A DNA stretch of 63,226 bases, counting the filler, from Bigelowiella natans CCMP2755 (Eukaryota > Protista > Cercozoa): NCBI GenBank assembly GCA_000320545.1. It is 6 parts of 6 records of this genome, joined end to end, with 100 filler letters (N's around TTAATTAATTAA, not from the genome) between each part and the next. Parts side by side here need not be neighbours in the genome. Positions count along the whole stretch, not along the records: positions 18,264 to 46,167 come from ADNK01001503.1; 5 more parts are not named here. One strand, written 5' to 3'. Made by a program: the position numbers and the translations under genes. A model generated the notes under the pieces. The model made no database searches. It had not been told where the DNA came from and saw only the letters and a list, made by a program, of their open reading frames with translations. Below are positions 24,073-37,760 of the stretch, piece by piece (the stretch's first letter is position 1; the number at the start of each line of letters is the position of its first letter).

Positions 24073-24772
24073 GGAGAATACGATGGCGACTCCTCCACCG
24101 ACACAAGGTCACCAGCCTAGAAAAAGGAAGAGGTGGTGATGAGCGGAGGTGGAAGGGAAGGCGCTTGATGATGTGATGTGATCCGATCCACGTACTTGAA
24201 TCGACGGAAGTAGTCAAAAGGAGTTACCACCGATTTTTCTCAATAATTAATCGGCTCAAAATACCATGGCATTTTCTATCGATCTCAGTCCGTCTTGTTG
24301 TCGGACAAAACAAAATGCACGGGAAATTGCGTCGATCGTGATTGTACGTCGGAAACTGGCCGCCGGAGGCGGATACGTCCTTTCCTCGCTTTTACCCGGA
24401 TGCATGCGCGCGCGGATATTGTTCCCTCACCGCAATTTTTCGCCCAAGCTAAAAAAGGGAGTATTTTAACCTGACGACAATAAAAAATAGCAGTCTAGCT
24501 GCAGCGAGAATGTCATTTTCACCTAATTAGATCCTTGGCGAGGGCATCAATATTCTCACTCCGAAGAACAGTCCGTCCCTTTTCTTTTCTAATAAAAAGG
24601 GTCAATACATCAATACCGGTACATGTACTCTCTGGTTGTACCACGACGTTTTTAAGGCGAATTGCACCATTTGTCAGGAGGAGGACGCACAACAATCGCA
24701 CAACACACTCGCAACAATTCGAACTCCTGACAACAGCTCTCCTAACCTCGTTCCCGCTGCAGAGCAACGACA

Positions 24773-25231
24773 ATGGCTGACGCCTCCGGAGCTAATTCGT
24801 TTGCTCCCGTAAACCTGCTCTTCGCTCGGACGGGGGGGCAGAAGCACGACAGCAAGGCATCCACCACGGATTCTAACCAGAGCCAGGGCCAAAATAACAA
24901 GAGTCCGCAACAAGTGCGACCATATCTACGTCCATACAAAGTCGAGGTCAAGTGAAAACGCTTGTTTAATTGGGGTGGCGGCCATGTTACATGTAGTCTA
25001 GCTGGGATATCTGCAAGCTGTGATGTATGCCAAAATTTCGCCTCCTGCTTTGATGTCACCTCCCTAGCCTTCATCTGATAGCCTGAAACAGAACGATTTG
25101 TGTGCTGCTGGAAAAGCATTTGCTTAAGGAAAGTGAAGCTCCTCCAACACCTCCTTACATTTTGCATGTGTTTGGTCTGTACTTTTGCGCGTGCCTATAT
25201 ATTTATCTATTCCTCTCTTTCTTTCTTTCTT

Positions 25232-25307
<76 letters not shown>

Positions 25308-28300
25308 AAGGTTCTATCCAGTGAAAATACCTGGAATAGTACGAGCGCTGAGGATGTTGAGCCCGGCCAGATATTCAAGATAGAATCTGGCGGATTCGTA
25401 ATACAGCTAATTCAGCTTGCCTAAAACACATCCAGAAACAGCATCGAGAGAGAGGAGAGAAGACATGGGATGGGTAGGAATGGTGCAATTGTTAACTCAT
25501 CACCGAGTTTTTGAGATCATCGTCACAGTTGATCGCGTGTATCTAGGTACCCGCCGACGCAGTAGTCCTCAATTCAGCCTCTCCCGAGGTAGGTTATGAA
25601 TATCAAGCTATGTGTAAAACAAAATAGGACTACGCTAGGAGAGTAAGTAAGTAGTAGGGAAAATAACGATGAACGATGATCATAACGCGCGATAAAACAT
25701 TCTTCCTCCCCGGGTTAACCGGCGGTTATTATTTGCGGTGCAGGTGTATGTGCAAACTCCCCAATTCGACGGAAACAAGGCCCTGAGGGTCAAGACAGCA
25801 TTCCGATCGCAGAGCCTCAAAACGGCTTTTAACAAGCTGGGCAATGGGCCGAAGGCGAACGTGCCAACAACGGCGCCGAGTGCATCTCCGCCGCCGCTCA
25901 GTACCCCTCTCGCCATGTGCGTATTTAATGTGTCTGGTCTTCTCCCTGTTGTCATATCAGCAAAGAAAGCAAACGCGCCCATGCAACCCCTTCCAAATAT
26001 CAACTGCCGTGCGGCGTAGTAGCACAGAATCATCGAGTCGTTCTCGTCATTATCTTATCCTATCTGATCTCACGCAATGTCGTTAACATCTCATCCATCT
26101 CTGCCCCCTCCCTTTGGCCGCGCTGTTTACCTACCTCTTTGGTGTGTGCAGCAGCAAAAACAGATCGCTCAACGAAGTCCTTCCTTCCCCATTTCCCCCC
26201 TTGTTTCTTAATCGCTCAGATCTGCGAGTGGGGGTGTGATTGGCGTTGGAGCGACAAATCCTTTGGCTCAGGAATGTAGACGGCTGATGGGCCTAAACAT
26301 CAACAGTCAGCAGCAACAAAGTCTCGCGACAATGAAGGCAATGGGATTTCGAGAATATTCATCGAGAAAGGCTCTAGGTTGTCTTTGTTCTTTTCTTTTT
26401 TTGGGGGGGGAGGGGCTGGGATTTGTGCGGCGGGTGTGAGCAGAGAGCGAGGGTGGGAAGCAGTAACATCATGATCGAGAGACAAACGGATACGAATATA
26501 CACGCATATACTTATTTGATGCTTTTCTGTCCTCTTATCCCCGAGGTTGGTAGCACTCATTATGTCTTCTGCTAGGGGTGCTGTCGTTCACAACCCATCA
26601 TCATTTTACATTATGGCTCTTATTACCATCATCACCACCGTCATTGCTATCGTGTAGAGCAATCTGGTTGGAATACGGAGCTCGCTGTCGCATACGCAGC
26701 AGCGAATGTCGCGGACCTCGACATGCTAGAAATGACAGCTGTTTCCCTGGAGTCGGCCTTCCTCAAGGAGAGCAAGTTGATGGCGCAGCCATCCCCCTCG
26801 CCCCCCCCCTCTTCCTCATCCGGCAATGCGAGCGCAACGGCGACCACGACGAAAGGGTGGGTGCAGCTACAGGCGACGATGACAAAAACCAAAATTGGGG
26901 AAAAAACCCGTCTCTACTACCGACGTATATTGTAGTTGGGTAGCGGAGACGAGCACTACCGTGTAGATCACCATCCTCATCGAATCGACTTAGCTCATGA
27001 ACGGGGGAGCTGTCTTAACCTTCGCAACCGCTAAACCGGTGTGTATTCTGTCTTCTTCCTCTTCTTCTTTTTAGGGACCTCAAGTCGCTTCTAAAGAGCT
27101 TGCAATCGGACGTGAGACTCTTCAATATAACGAATACTCCCAGCAAGAAGATAGAAGAGGTATCTTGGATGTACAGCCAGCAGCACCTCCCCTCTTCTTA
27201 ATGAATGCCGTTTCTCCTAAAGAGCTTTCTGCCAGCCTTCCTTTCGCTGCAGTCTCTGTTCCCACCCCCATCTCCCCTCCCCCCCCCCCCCCGGTTTTAT
27301 TAACTCGTCGTTTCTATATCATCCTGGCTGGGTGCAGACGGGGGTTATGGCGGACGAGCACTCCGTTAGTGTCGATAACGTCGTTGCCTCTCATTCGCGC
27401 CTGATTCTCACCGAATGGATCGTTGCCCTCGCCGTCTTCACCCAGGACAAGACAAAGGTATAGGGGTGTGTGTGGAGAGGGGGGGGGGGGGGGTAAGTTA
27501 TTTGAATGAAAAAGGTAACAGGATGGGATTATTGTATGATTCTCTTCGAACAGGAGCGTCGGTTTGGTATTCAATGATGGGAAGATGACGATGATGATGA
27601 TGATGATGATGACGATGACGATGATGATGATTCTGTGGTTTTGTGAGTGAGTCGCGACGGAAACAGATGAATGAATCCATCTGTGCCTATGCGCAGTATT
27701 ATCTTCGGGGGGGGGAGGTTTCTCGTGAAAAGGCTGAGAAGGAACGAAAGGTGCACTACCACACTATTTTGATGCATTCTTTGCACACATGTCCAAATTC
27801 CGACAACAAAATAATTGCACATGCGCAGTCACCGACAAGCACACCTAACTACTACTCTCCCCCTCCCAAATGTCCATTAGTCCAAAGAAGACGAGAAAGA
27901 AGCTCAAAGGAAGGAGAAGGAGCGGAAGCTAGCAGAAGAGAAGAAGAAGCAATTCTCTCCCGTACCGTCGCTTTCATAACCTATTCATGCAGCATGTGTG
28001 AATGCGATCAATGTCACTCAGTGGGCGTCTTTGCGTGTTTTTCGAACGATGGTGAAGAATGGATTGTAGTACAGCCTAGCGCAGGCATATTTCTTCCTTC
28101 CCCCCCCCCGCCTCCCTCTTCTTTGCCTTCGGGGTATTTGTACTAGTTGGGAACATGATGAAAAAGGAGGGGAGGGAGAGGGGGAGTCTATTTAAAAAAA
28201 AACCTAAACATTTCCAAGCTTTACCTCGTCCTCACCCCCTCCCTTCCCCTTGGAATACTTCGGCCGGCTGTTTCTTGCCAGGAGAACCTTCGAGCGATAG

Positions 28301-28786
28301 GTAAGGCATTGGAGAACGACACTGGGGTCTTGTGGTCTGATAGTTTCACCGATGTCGATGATGACGGGAACTGCCAAATGCACTGTGTGTGGTTGGGGCT
28401 CAGAACGCTGATTCTCCAGTAATAAATGGATGATAATACGTAAATCTATGGTGGTTCATATCCCTTTCCCCCCCCCCCTCTTTCCTGGTGAGAACCATGC
28501 TTTCGGATCTTCGTTTTTCCCTTATTTTCTCTTTTTTCCTTCTTGATTAATTTATCGAAGCGCAGGTGTGTGTGTGTGTGTGTTTGTGTGTCTTCTTGTG
28601 ACGGTATAATCTCTTTCCTTGGACCGATATCAGCTACCCTGGGCTATCTGAGCCGAGCGACAAGGACTTGGGCGAGACGCCGGAAGCATTCCGCGAAGAT
28701 TGCTTTCGGATGATGGCGGCCGACAACGTCTACCAGCAGGAACTAGTCTCGACTTTTAAGACGTATGATGGAGTAGTAGCAGCGGC

Positions 28787-28817
<31 letters not shown>

Positions 28818-28903
28818 GCTGTTGTTGTTGTTGTTGTTGTTGTTGTTGCTGCTGCTGTTGTTGTTGTTGTTGTTGTTGTTGCTGTTGTTGTTGTTGTTGT
28901 TGC

Positions 28904-28934
<31 letters not shown>

Positions 28935-28979
28935 GCTGTTGTTGTTGCTGTTGTTGTTGTTGCTGTTGTTGTTGTTGTT

Positions 28980-29027
<48 letters not shown>

Positions 29028-29029
29028 GC

Positions 29030-29063
<34 letters not shown>

Positions 29064-29158
29064 GCTGTTGTTGTTGTAGTGGTGGGTAGATTGCTGTTAC
29101 ACTCATTACGAAGATACTTACGTGTGTGGGCCAAAACGATTCTCATGATTAGATATAG

Positions 29159-29190
<32 letters not shown>

Positions 29191-29197
29191 ATTATCC

Positions 29198-29253
<56 letters not shown>

Positions 29254-29300
29254 GTGTGTGTGTGTGTGTGTGAATTGGTACATCGGTGCATATCGTGTTC

Positions 29301-29340
<40 letters not shown>

Positions 29341-30617
29341 TGGCCTTGGCTAACAGATATGTCGAGGACATTGACGGCGCGGTGCTGAAGACTCTCGAGG
29401 TAGCAGCATGCAGTCAGTGCTAGGATGCTAAGTGCCTCTCGCGCTTCGATTCCTTGGGGTTTGTTCGATGTGAATCGATTTGATTTGTAGGACTTCTTCA
29501 CCCTTCCCGATTTCCTTCGGAGCCGCATTCTCGAGACGAGGAAGAAAAGCCTAACCCAGGAGATTAAGGTAGCCTATAGCCCTAGCTCACACCGCCGAAT
29601 CTAACATTCGAAAGGGGGGGAGAGCCACGACGACATTCACGACAGACTGCGTCAGCGAGCGCGTCGATGCACGCTTTTGGGGACACACCACGCGCAAAGT
29701 GTGATAAGACGAGCGACGGGTTTCGGAGCTATCAACCCCCTCCCCCCCCATGGTGTATTTTCAGTGTTGGTTGTTCTTCCATTCTTTCCTCCCCCCCCCC
29801 ACGACCACAATGCAGGCGGATTATGCCCAATGGGCAAGGGACTATACGAAATCTGCGTCCGGTCATCGCATCGTTAACGGCCGCAAAGTGTACTACCCTC
29901 TTGGGGTCTCGGAGTTGAGAGCCATCTCCCGACTGCTAAATCTGCAACTCCACGTAATGATAGAAAATGCTTTGCAGTGTAAAGGGGCGAAAGGAACTGA
30001 TGAGGAGACAAAGCGTGTTTCTGACTCGATCAGTGATGATCGTCATCTCGTGCCGAAAGAAATTGAGTGTTTTTTTCTTAATTTCAATTTCGTCAACGTC
30101 CATTACATTCCCATCGCGTTCCCTCCGCTATTTATTCACATGACCTCAAATTCCTCTTGTTTTCTTCCGCTTGCTGTATTCATTTCTGTGCAGGTGATGA
30201 CGAAGAACAGTGTCCTGGAGGCAACGAATAAAGGGACGATAGATCAGGTTGCGCGTGTGGGTGCGTGTGCGTGTGCGTGTGTGTTATATATCGTCGCTAT
30301 TGCCTTTCTGTGTTATACTACCGATGCTAATTCCTCACGACGTGGCATGAAATTATGTGTTTCGTTCGCGCTTTTGAAAAATCTTTGGTTTGACGGTGAA
30401 GGTGGATCCCCGCACGGTCTCGCGCAACTACATCCAAGTCTTCGGGATAGGATTGCCGACGAAACGTGTTGTTCGGCTTATGAATATCGATGAAAATCAC
30501 TATCACATTCACCTACCTCGGCCACCCAAACAGGCGCGTGACCCTGCATTTGACGAGATTAACTATTGGAAGCCGATGGATTGCGCTGATGATGGCGATG
30601 AGCTGCCAGAAGTGTAG
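24773..30617 (+). CDS. OTU-family deubiquitinase with UBA domain, multi-exon
   Basis: UBA: LATMKAMGFREYSSRKAL..AVAY. OTU catalytic loop DVDDDGNCQMHC (about 28350-28390), LGVSELRAISRLLNLQLHV and VRLMNIDENHY. Intermediate exons are not fully resolved. Confidence 0.75.
28786..29077. repeat. About 290-bp (GTT)n microsatellite with interspersed GCT, intronic
   Basis: Seen directly; follows the GT donor at about 28762. Confidence 0.95.
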
Positions 30618-31390
30618 GCAATAATCTAGATATGCCGATGTTGTTTGTTTATGGTGGACGAAAAGAGCGCGTTGATTGCGAAGCTGGCGACATGTCATAG
30701 TTCGATTCATTTATAGTCTAGTTGTGTTGATGTTCTAGATGTTGATGTTGCATCGATCGAGTTATTAACTGGTTGAGGACATTGAAACGTCTGGATGCCA
30801 GCCTGCTAGCCTGCTATGTACAGATGTGTTCTAGTGTAGTTCGTAGTGTACGCTAGTACGTGGTGAATGGTTTAAACTTTTAAAAAAAATCCAGAATAAT
30901 GCTGTACACTACTAGACTAGCTAGCTAGCTAGCTAGTAGTACACGTGCATTGTTCTAGCTACGCAGTTAGCAGGCCATCTAGCCATGCTAGCATGCACTT
31001 GCTAGCTTGGCTAGTTGGTCGCATATATCTAGATATCTAGATTATCTAGACATGCTAGCTAGCTAGCACGCGAGCGCAAAGGGACTGCTAAACAGCTAGA
31101 CTGCCTACTACTTGCTAGCTTGCTTGCTAGTCATGTCTAGATGTCCCTCCAGCTTTGCTAGAACTAGTCAGATGTCTAGATGTGGCGACACTGCATGCAC
31201 ATCTACACACCTCTATAGTCTCTATAGCTAGAGATACAACTGCTACTGCTAGATTGCAGCGCTAGCTAGAGCGGACAATCTAGCAATTTCGATCTAGAAT
31301 CTAACAATAGAACAGCTAGACTGCAGCACAGCTAGCACTAGCAAGCTGATGGAGGGCGCAATGCATGCTAGTATGGATAACTATTAGCGA

Positions 31391-31428
<38 letters not shown>

Positions 31429-31632
31429 TCGCTAACTAGCTAGCTAGCCATACCAGCTAGATGTTACTATTTGGATTTCACAATTGGTAGTAGCAATGTT
31501 AACTTTAGCCCCATTCTTTATTACAGGAATGGGAGCTTCGACTAAATTGAAGTGCATTTAATCTAGACTTCATCAACAATCCGCATATCGATAGACGATC
31601 AACAGCTTCCGCTTCGTCCAATCCAATTCAAC

Positions 31633-32164
31633 TTAACCGAATGTAATCTGGGAGCGGCCTCCGGGTGGTGCATGAACTCGGGTAGAAGGGCGATCAGTGA
31701 TGAAGTTTCCGCACTCCGGTCGGGTACCATTAGCAAAAGCATTTGATGATTGGCCCCGTTTCTTGGGTTGTGAGGTAGGAGCGGAATTCTTTGGCATGGA
31801 GTTTTCCTGACAAGTTGCAACATAATAAACATTAGGAACGATACTATTCAATAACAGATCTTTGCATGCAAAAGAAATATCTCTATCTACCTTTGTTTCC
31901 TTCTTAGTAGAAACAGCACGAGCTGGGGCAGAAGTAGCAGGAGCTCGAACAGGAGCTCTAGCTGGAGCAGCAGAAGTTACTGCCTTTGACTCCCAGCAGC
32001 CCGACTTTTTGTTCCAAACCTGCTTGGTAGCTTTTGAAGGTGCGGATCTGTGACAGAATAGTAGGAAGTGATGAGAAATCATTAACATTCTTCTTGGATT
32101 TTAACAACATCGTTGGTACTTACCCGCCGATTGACCATTGGCTCTTCGAGTGATGGCTCGACAT
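31633..32164 (-). CDS. SPIRAL1/HN1-like small microtubule-associated protein
   Basis: C-terminus SSNAFANGTRPECGNFITDRPSTRVHAPPGGRSQITFG matches the SPR1-type GNFITDRPSTKVHAAPGG motif. First exon MSSHHSKSQWSIG. Confidence 0.8.
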
Positions 32165-32822
32165 GTGATGGTGGGTCTTGGTGGTAGATCTTGTTACGTG
32201 CATCTCAGTGGAATTTAAAGCGGAGCTCATTGTGACTGTGATCGTAGAAAAAGGGGTGTTAATTTTTTATTATGATAGATCGAAAGGGGCCACCGTATAT
32301 CTATGATAGGTTCTCACCAAAGGTGCGTGAGGAGAAGGAAAGCAGTTGGGACAGACTTCGAATAATGATCAACTCAGGTTTATATTTGCGATATTGTTCG
32401 TTTGCTTTCTGGTCATTTATGTTTAGAAAGAGACATATATCGAATTAATCAGAGAATACCGCCTTTGTTTGACATAAATGTCGTAGTTTTTCTTTTCATC
32501 TTTTTGTCTCAGGTGCCCTTTCATGTTGGAAAAAAGAACATTGCAGTTTACTTTGTGCATACGACAATCAACACAACACGTCGCTGACTACAATTTTATG
32601 AACCGTCTCAACGGCTAGAACAAAATTGAAGAGCCGTGAATTGTCGCCAAATATCCCATATTTCGATGTCGTTTGATCGAGATGCCATTGAAATCAAGTC
32701 ACCAGCGTTTTTGTAATACGACATCCTTCCCCGCTCAAAAATGAAAATATTAGAGTCGTCGACTAATTTCCAAAAAGAGCACGAATTCCGACCGGAAGAA
32801 CCCCTTTTGGATTTGGAACATA

Positions 32823-35272
32823 ATGACGGCGTGCATCACACTGCTCATCTTTCTTCCGACGATTGGTCTTTTACATGATCCGTAATCAATGCGGTGGCAT
32901 GATGAATGATGCTGTCAAGAGTATCATCTGATGTTCGAAAATCTAACCAAATTGCTCGGGTTTTTCTTTCTTCCTTTTCTTGCTCTTTCTTTCTAGCCCT
33001 AGCGTCGGAACTCAACGGGCTATTCCCTTACCCTTACCCTGCCGATAACCAAGGGCCCACGGAACGGCAAGTCCAAGGAGGAAGATATGCGAACATTGGC
33101 AAAGACCTCACGCACTCATGGAATCCGCCTCATCGTCGGATCCTAGGTATTGTGTGCTATGAAGATTAGTTCGATTACTTATTTGATGGAGTTGCATTCT
33201 TCTTTGTAAGGATGGCTCGCGCACTTTAATCCCCGTTTGAAACACCGCTCGCTATCGAGAGGCCTCGCTGGGGGAGGTGAGAGCTCTTTCGATGGGAAAA
33301 TGGCTGATGAGCTGAAGCATTCGAACAGCCTACCAGCCACGATGAGATGCGTCACTGTAAAGGGATATGGAAAGATCGACGATATGGTGGGATTTTCTGA
33401 GTGTTGGCCTGTGCCAGAGCCTGGAAAGGGCGAGATGCTGATCAAGGTTTTGGCCTGCTCTCTTGCTCCAGGAGATATTCGCAATCTGCGCGGGGATTGT
33501 GACTACTTTGGTCCGAAATGCCCGTGAGTACAGCTTTTGAACCCAAATTCTCTCTCTCTCTCTCTCTCCCTCCCTCCCTCTCTCTTTCTCTTTATTTTAC
33601 CTAATTTTTCGTCAATAATTGTTTTTGCATAAGGTGTGCGATATAACACTAAAAAAATTTTTATTCTGTCGTGGAATGGTTCCCATTTTCTTTGATAAAA
33701 GCCTCCAAATACAGTAATAACCGGGCGCGGACGGGGAAATAACACCGCCGTCCTCCACACAACTTTTCGAATCTCTTCCAAACTATTTCGGTGATAAGCG
33801 CGCATCTTTTTCTAGGTATATACCGGGTGGCGACGTGTGCGGCGTGGTTTTGAAGTTGCCAACGTCGTCCTCCTCCTGCTCCTCGCTGTCTAAATTTAAG
33901 GAAGGAGATGTTGTCGTGGCGATGTTTCACTTTCGACCGCAGGGAGGGCTGGCGGATTATGCCCTTGTTAAAACAGCTCACTCGGCGAAGATTGTCCTGA
34001 AGGCTCCATCCAGTAGCCGAAACAAAAGCAATGGGTTCCTCAGTGCGTGCGAGGCTGCTGCCATCCCATCAAGCGCCCTAGCGGCGATGTTGGCCGCGAA
34101 GAGCTCTGTTAGAAAAGGAGACCGCGTCCTCGTACTAGGGGGTGGGGGCGGGGTAGGTTCTCACCTGCTGCAGTTTCTTAAAAACTATGGCGCCTCGCAT
34201 GTCGCTGTGACCGCCGCCGCCTCCCCCTCCTCCGCCGAGGCAAAACGTCTAGTGGGCTTGGGGGCGGATGATGTGATTGACTACCGGAGAGAGAACTGGT
34301 GGGAATGGAAGCCAAATAATAACCAGAATCAATTCGACATGGTCGTAGATTTAGTCGGGTCATACGAGTCGTGGCGAAGAGCTGCCAAGAGGGGCGGAGT
34401 GCTGAAAACAGGCTGGTGAGTTCTGTCATCCAAGGATGTAAAAGAAGAGGAATGATTAGATAGTGCTTAAGTAGAATAGGAAAATGGGGGAGTAGCTGTC
34501 GTGGAAGTAGTAATCTAATAGAAGTAAGCTGCAAGAAAATGTAAAAACATTCTTCGATGTCCTCGGTCCTGACATTTTCTGTTATGTTGCCGAAGCTCTT
34601 TGTTTCGGCAGCGTGTGACACGGCCGGTTCATGAAACACTCAGTCCCCATAGCTAGCCAACTCTACCATCATCATCCTGCGTCGACAGGGGGTGGCGAAG
34701 AGTGCCTTTGAGATATAGCCGTATCATGTTTTCGATGCGCGACGCTCACGTTTTGTGCCTTTTCTTGCCGATATCCTCTCTATTACGTATAAAGAGCAAT
34801 GTGTTTCTCGAATAATCAAAGGAAGGGCGGACGCTATCTGACCTTCACCGGCGATGAACGGTACATGCAAATCCACAGCTTGATGGGGCTGTATTCTTTC
34901 TTGGGAAAGATGGTGTCGCGGGCTCTCTTCACGCGCATATTCTGGCCCTTCTACCCCAAGTGGACGCATTTTATGGATACGGATCCAACCAATGGTCTTG
35001 CTAGAGAGTCATGCATAAGGGAGAAGGGGGGGGGAGAAACGTGAGATATACCGTTTAAATATATAATGACGAAAACTATTCAGATATGTATTTAACGCTG
35101 TCATACAGGGAACCTAGATGAGCTGGTGAGGCTCGCAGCTGCAGGTGAGTTCAGGCCGGTTTTAGACCGTCGTTCTCCATATAAATTCAAGCTCAGTGAA
35201 GTCAAGAAGGCGATGAAGCTTCAGGAAAGCTATCATGCCAAGGGGAAGGTTGTCATTCGGATTGCAAATTAG
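32823..35272 (+). CDS. MDR-superfamily NADPH:quinone oxidoreductase-like (RTN4IP1-like) protein with probable signal peptide
   Basis: PVPEPGKGEMLIKVLACSLAPGD, YIPGGDVCGVV, FKEGDVV, GGLADYA, EAAAIP, GDRVLVLGGGGGVG, LGADDVIDYR, HAKGKVVIRI. The start (MTACITLLIFLPTIALA) is inferred. Confidence 0.88.
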
Positions 35273-35296
35273 AGATGGATGATGAGACCTTATTTC

Positions 35297-35336
<40 letters not shown>

Positions 35337-36452
35337 GTTTATGTATGTGTGTGTACGTATGAGTACATATATTCATGCTGCTATAATGTTATTTATATAA
35401 GTCATAGCAAACACATTTATGTGTGTGTACACACACATTTAGGCCATTGCCTGTTTGCATGTAATGAGTGCACACGACAGCAGCGCATGGGATGCAGCAC
35501 ATGTACACATGCAGCATGCTAGACGTGCAATGCAACGACACATGTCTCGACATGCGCTTTTGCTACATAGCTAGATAGGACTTGTTGGGCTGATCTAGTG
35601 ATGTGCTGCATGCGCACTACGCTCATCCGCATGGATGTGCAGCGACTGTGACATGCACTGCTAGTAGACATGCGCACACATGCCAATGAGACATGCTAGC
35701 ATGTCTAGATGTGTGCGCAATGTGCTTTGCTACGCTTGCACACGTTCAATTTGCAATTTGTAGGTGCACATCAGTCATCACGCCTCCCGCTGTCTAGCTG
35801 TGTCTGCGAGGTCGTCACATTGCACTCCACTGTCTAGCTGTGCACAGCTGACGAGCAGACACGATGCATGCGTCACAAATGAATGCGCATGATTTTTCAG
35901 GTCGACATCGTCGACGAAATGGCCATTTCGTCGACAAAATCGACGTCAAGCTATGATCGTCGACAAAATGCTACGTACCTCGTCGACGATGTCAACTTTG
36001 AGCGATCAACAGCGACATCGTCGACGTTGCCGATCAAGATTGATTATGATTTCGTCGAGCGATGTGACCTTGCCGTCAATGCCTCGCGTCTTGGCCATGT
36101 GTGCGATGCATGCATGCATGTGTGATGCTAATGGCTAGCTAGCTAGTGCTGCACGCATGCAAGCCCTGCTTTGGCGAGTCTGCATGTGCACTAGTGCATC
36201 GGAACAGATGTCGATGCACACAATGCGCAGGCCGTCGTCCCACGCAATGCGCAGGCACATAGACGCAGTACACGTACGTGCATCTGCTGGCACACATGCG
36301 CAAGCATGATTACGGCCACACTTCATCGATCTACCTCTACCTATAAACTGGATAACTTTCACACGAACGCCCGCCATGTTGTTTTTTTTGCACACAAAAA
36401 TGATGACGCTCAGTTATTTTAGACCTCGCTAGCTAGACCCTACCGGTGATCG

Positions 36453-37187
36453 TCATTGCCTTCGTTTTTGGCTGGCGAAAGCGAAAGCACACGCAGTTGC
36501 CAGTAGCGATACCCCGAGGATCTTCTTTACCCAGCTCACCTAATTGGACAATGTCTAGAATGTGAGAACATGATTGCCGATCAAGCCATACCGGAAGGCA
36601 TCATCGGGGCACAAACGCGTCATTTCCAGGCTTATCAAAAATATTTGACAATAAAGTATCACCGCAGTATTTGCTCACCTCTTTCCGTAAGGCCATGATC
36701 GTTTGATTCACCGAGGTGAGGCAATACCTTTTAGTGCAAATGTGGTGACAACCGAAGGGTTAGCTTGAGAACTGCCCCGGAGCAGGCAAAGTCCGAGGCA
36801 GAAGAAAGGCTCAGTGAAAAGACAAGCAGCGAAAAATAATTTCGGTTGTTACTTTGCCATAATGTCGACTTCGAGGTTCACAGCGCCACCGATGGGCTTC
36901 TTCGGTACGATGATCGCTTTTTGAGTGTGAGCTATCAGCATAAACTCGAACCAGCACGCAATCGTGTCCACCTGTTGTTATAGCAGCAGAACCGAACCAC
37001 ACAGCCCCTTAGATTCTGCAAGATACTATTAGGAGTTGTTCTAATGTTGCCCTGAAATGATGTTCAGAATATTAGGTGCGAGTAGCGTCGCATGCGGTAT
37101 GAAACCGGTAGCGGGTTTAAGTAGGTTAATTTCACACCGCGGTGACTGTGAGACTGGTCCCGTCCACTGCAATGTACCTAATTATAT

Positions 37188-37225
<38 letters not shown>

Positions 37226-37725
37226 TGTGTGTGTGTGTTTGTGTGCACATTTATAAAGAGGTGGAAAGGGGGGAATGAGGACAGGCCACTACAAACATAG
37301 CTGTACTAGTTAGGAAAATTCATGCAGGAGATTTATATTGCTGTGTAGCTGCTGCTTTGCTCGCCAGTTTAATTAGCGGAAAGAACCCCTTCTCTACGAT
37401 GAAAGGCATAAGCTCTTCAGGCACTTTCCCGATTCTGCATAAAAAGAATGTTTGGTGAATTCTCACGACCAAGCTCTCGCACCGCTGCCATCAAAATTGT
37501 AATATTGAATAAATGAACGGATGAGCCAGGAAAGGATGCCCCCCGAGCACATAGTTGCACCTTATGCGCAAGCTGTCGCCATCCTTCTCCTTCTTGAGGA
37601 TGCTTCCTGTAGCGTCGACATGGCCTTGCACGTAATGTCCCGAGTTTCGATCCGTCATCTTGAGGCTATGAGTACATGTAAAAAGCGGCATTTGTGAGTG
37701 CGTGCGCGTCGTGTAAATGCTGGTG

Positions 37726-37760
<35 letters not shown>

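Noticed and set aside
24674-24913. Minus ORF MLRTLVILALALVRIRGG resembling a signal peptide plus RGG motif
   Set aside because: Antisense to the first exon of the OTU gene, short, and with no supported continuation.
28668-29273. Poly-Q, poly-T, poly-V and poly-L ORFs
   Set aside because: Translations of an intronic (GTT/GCT)n microsatellite.
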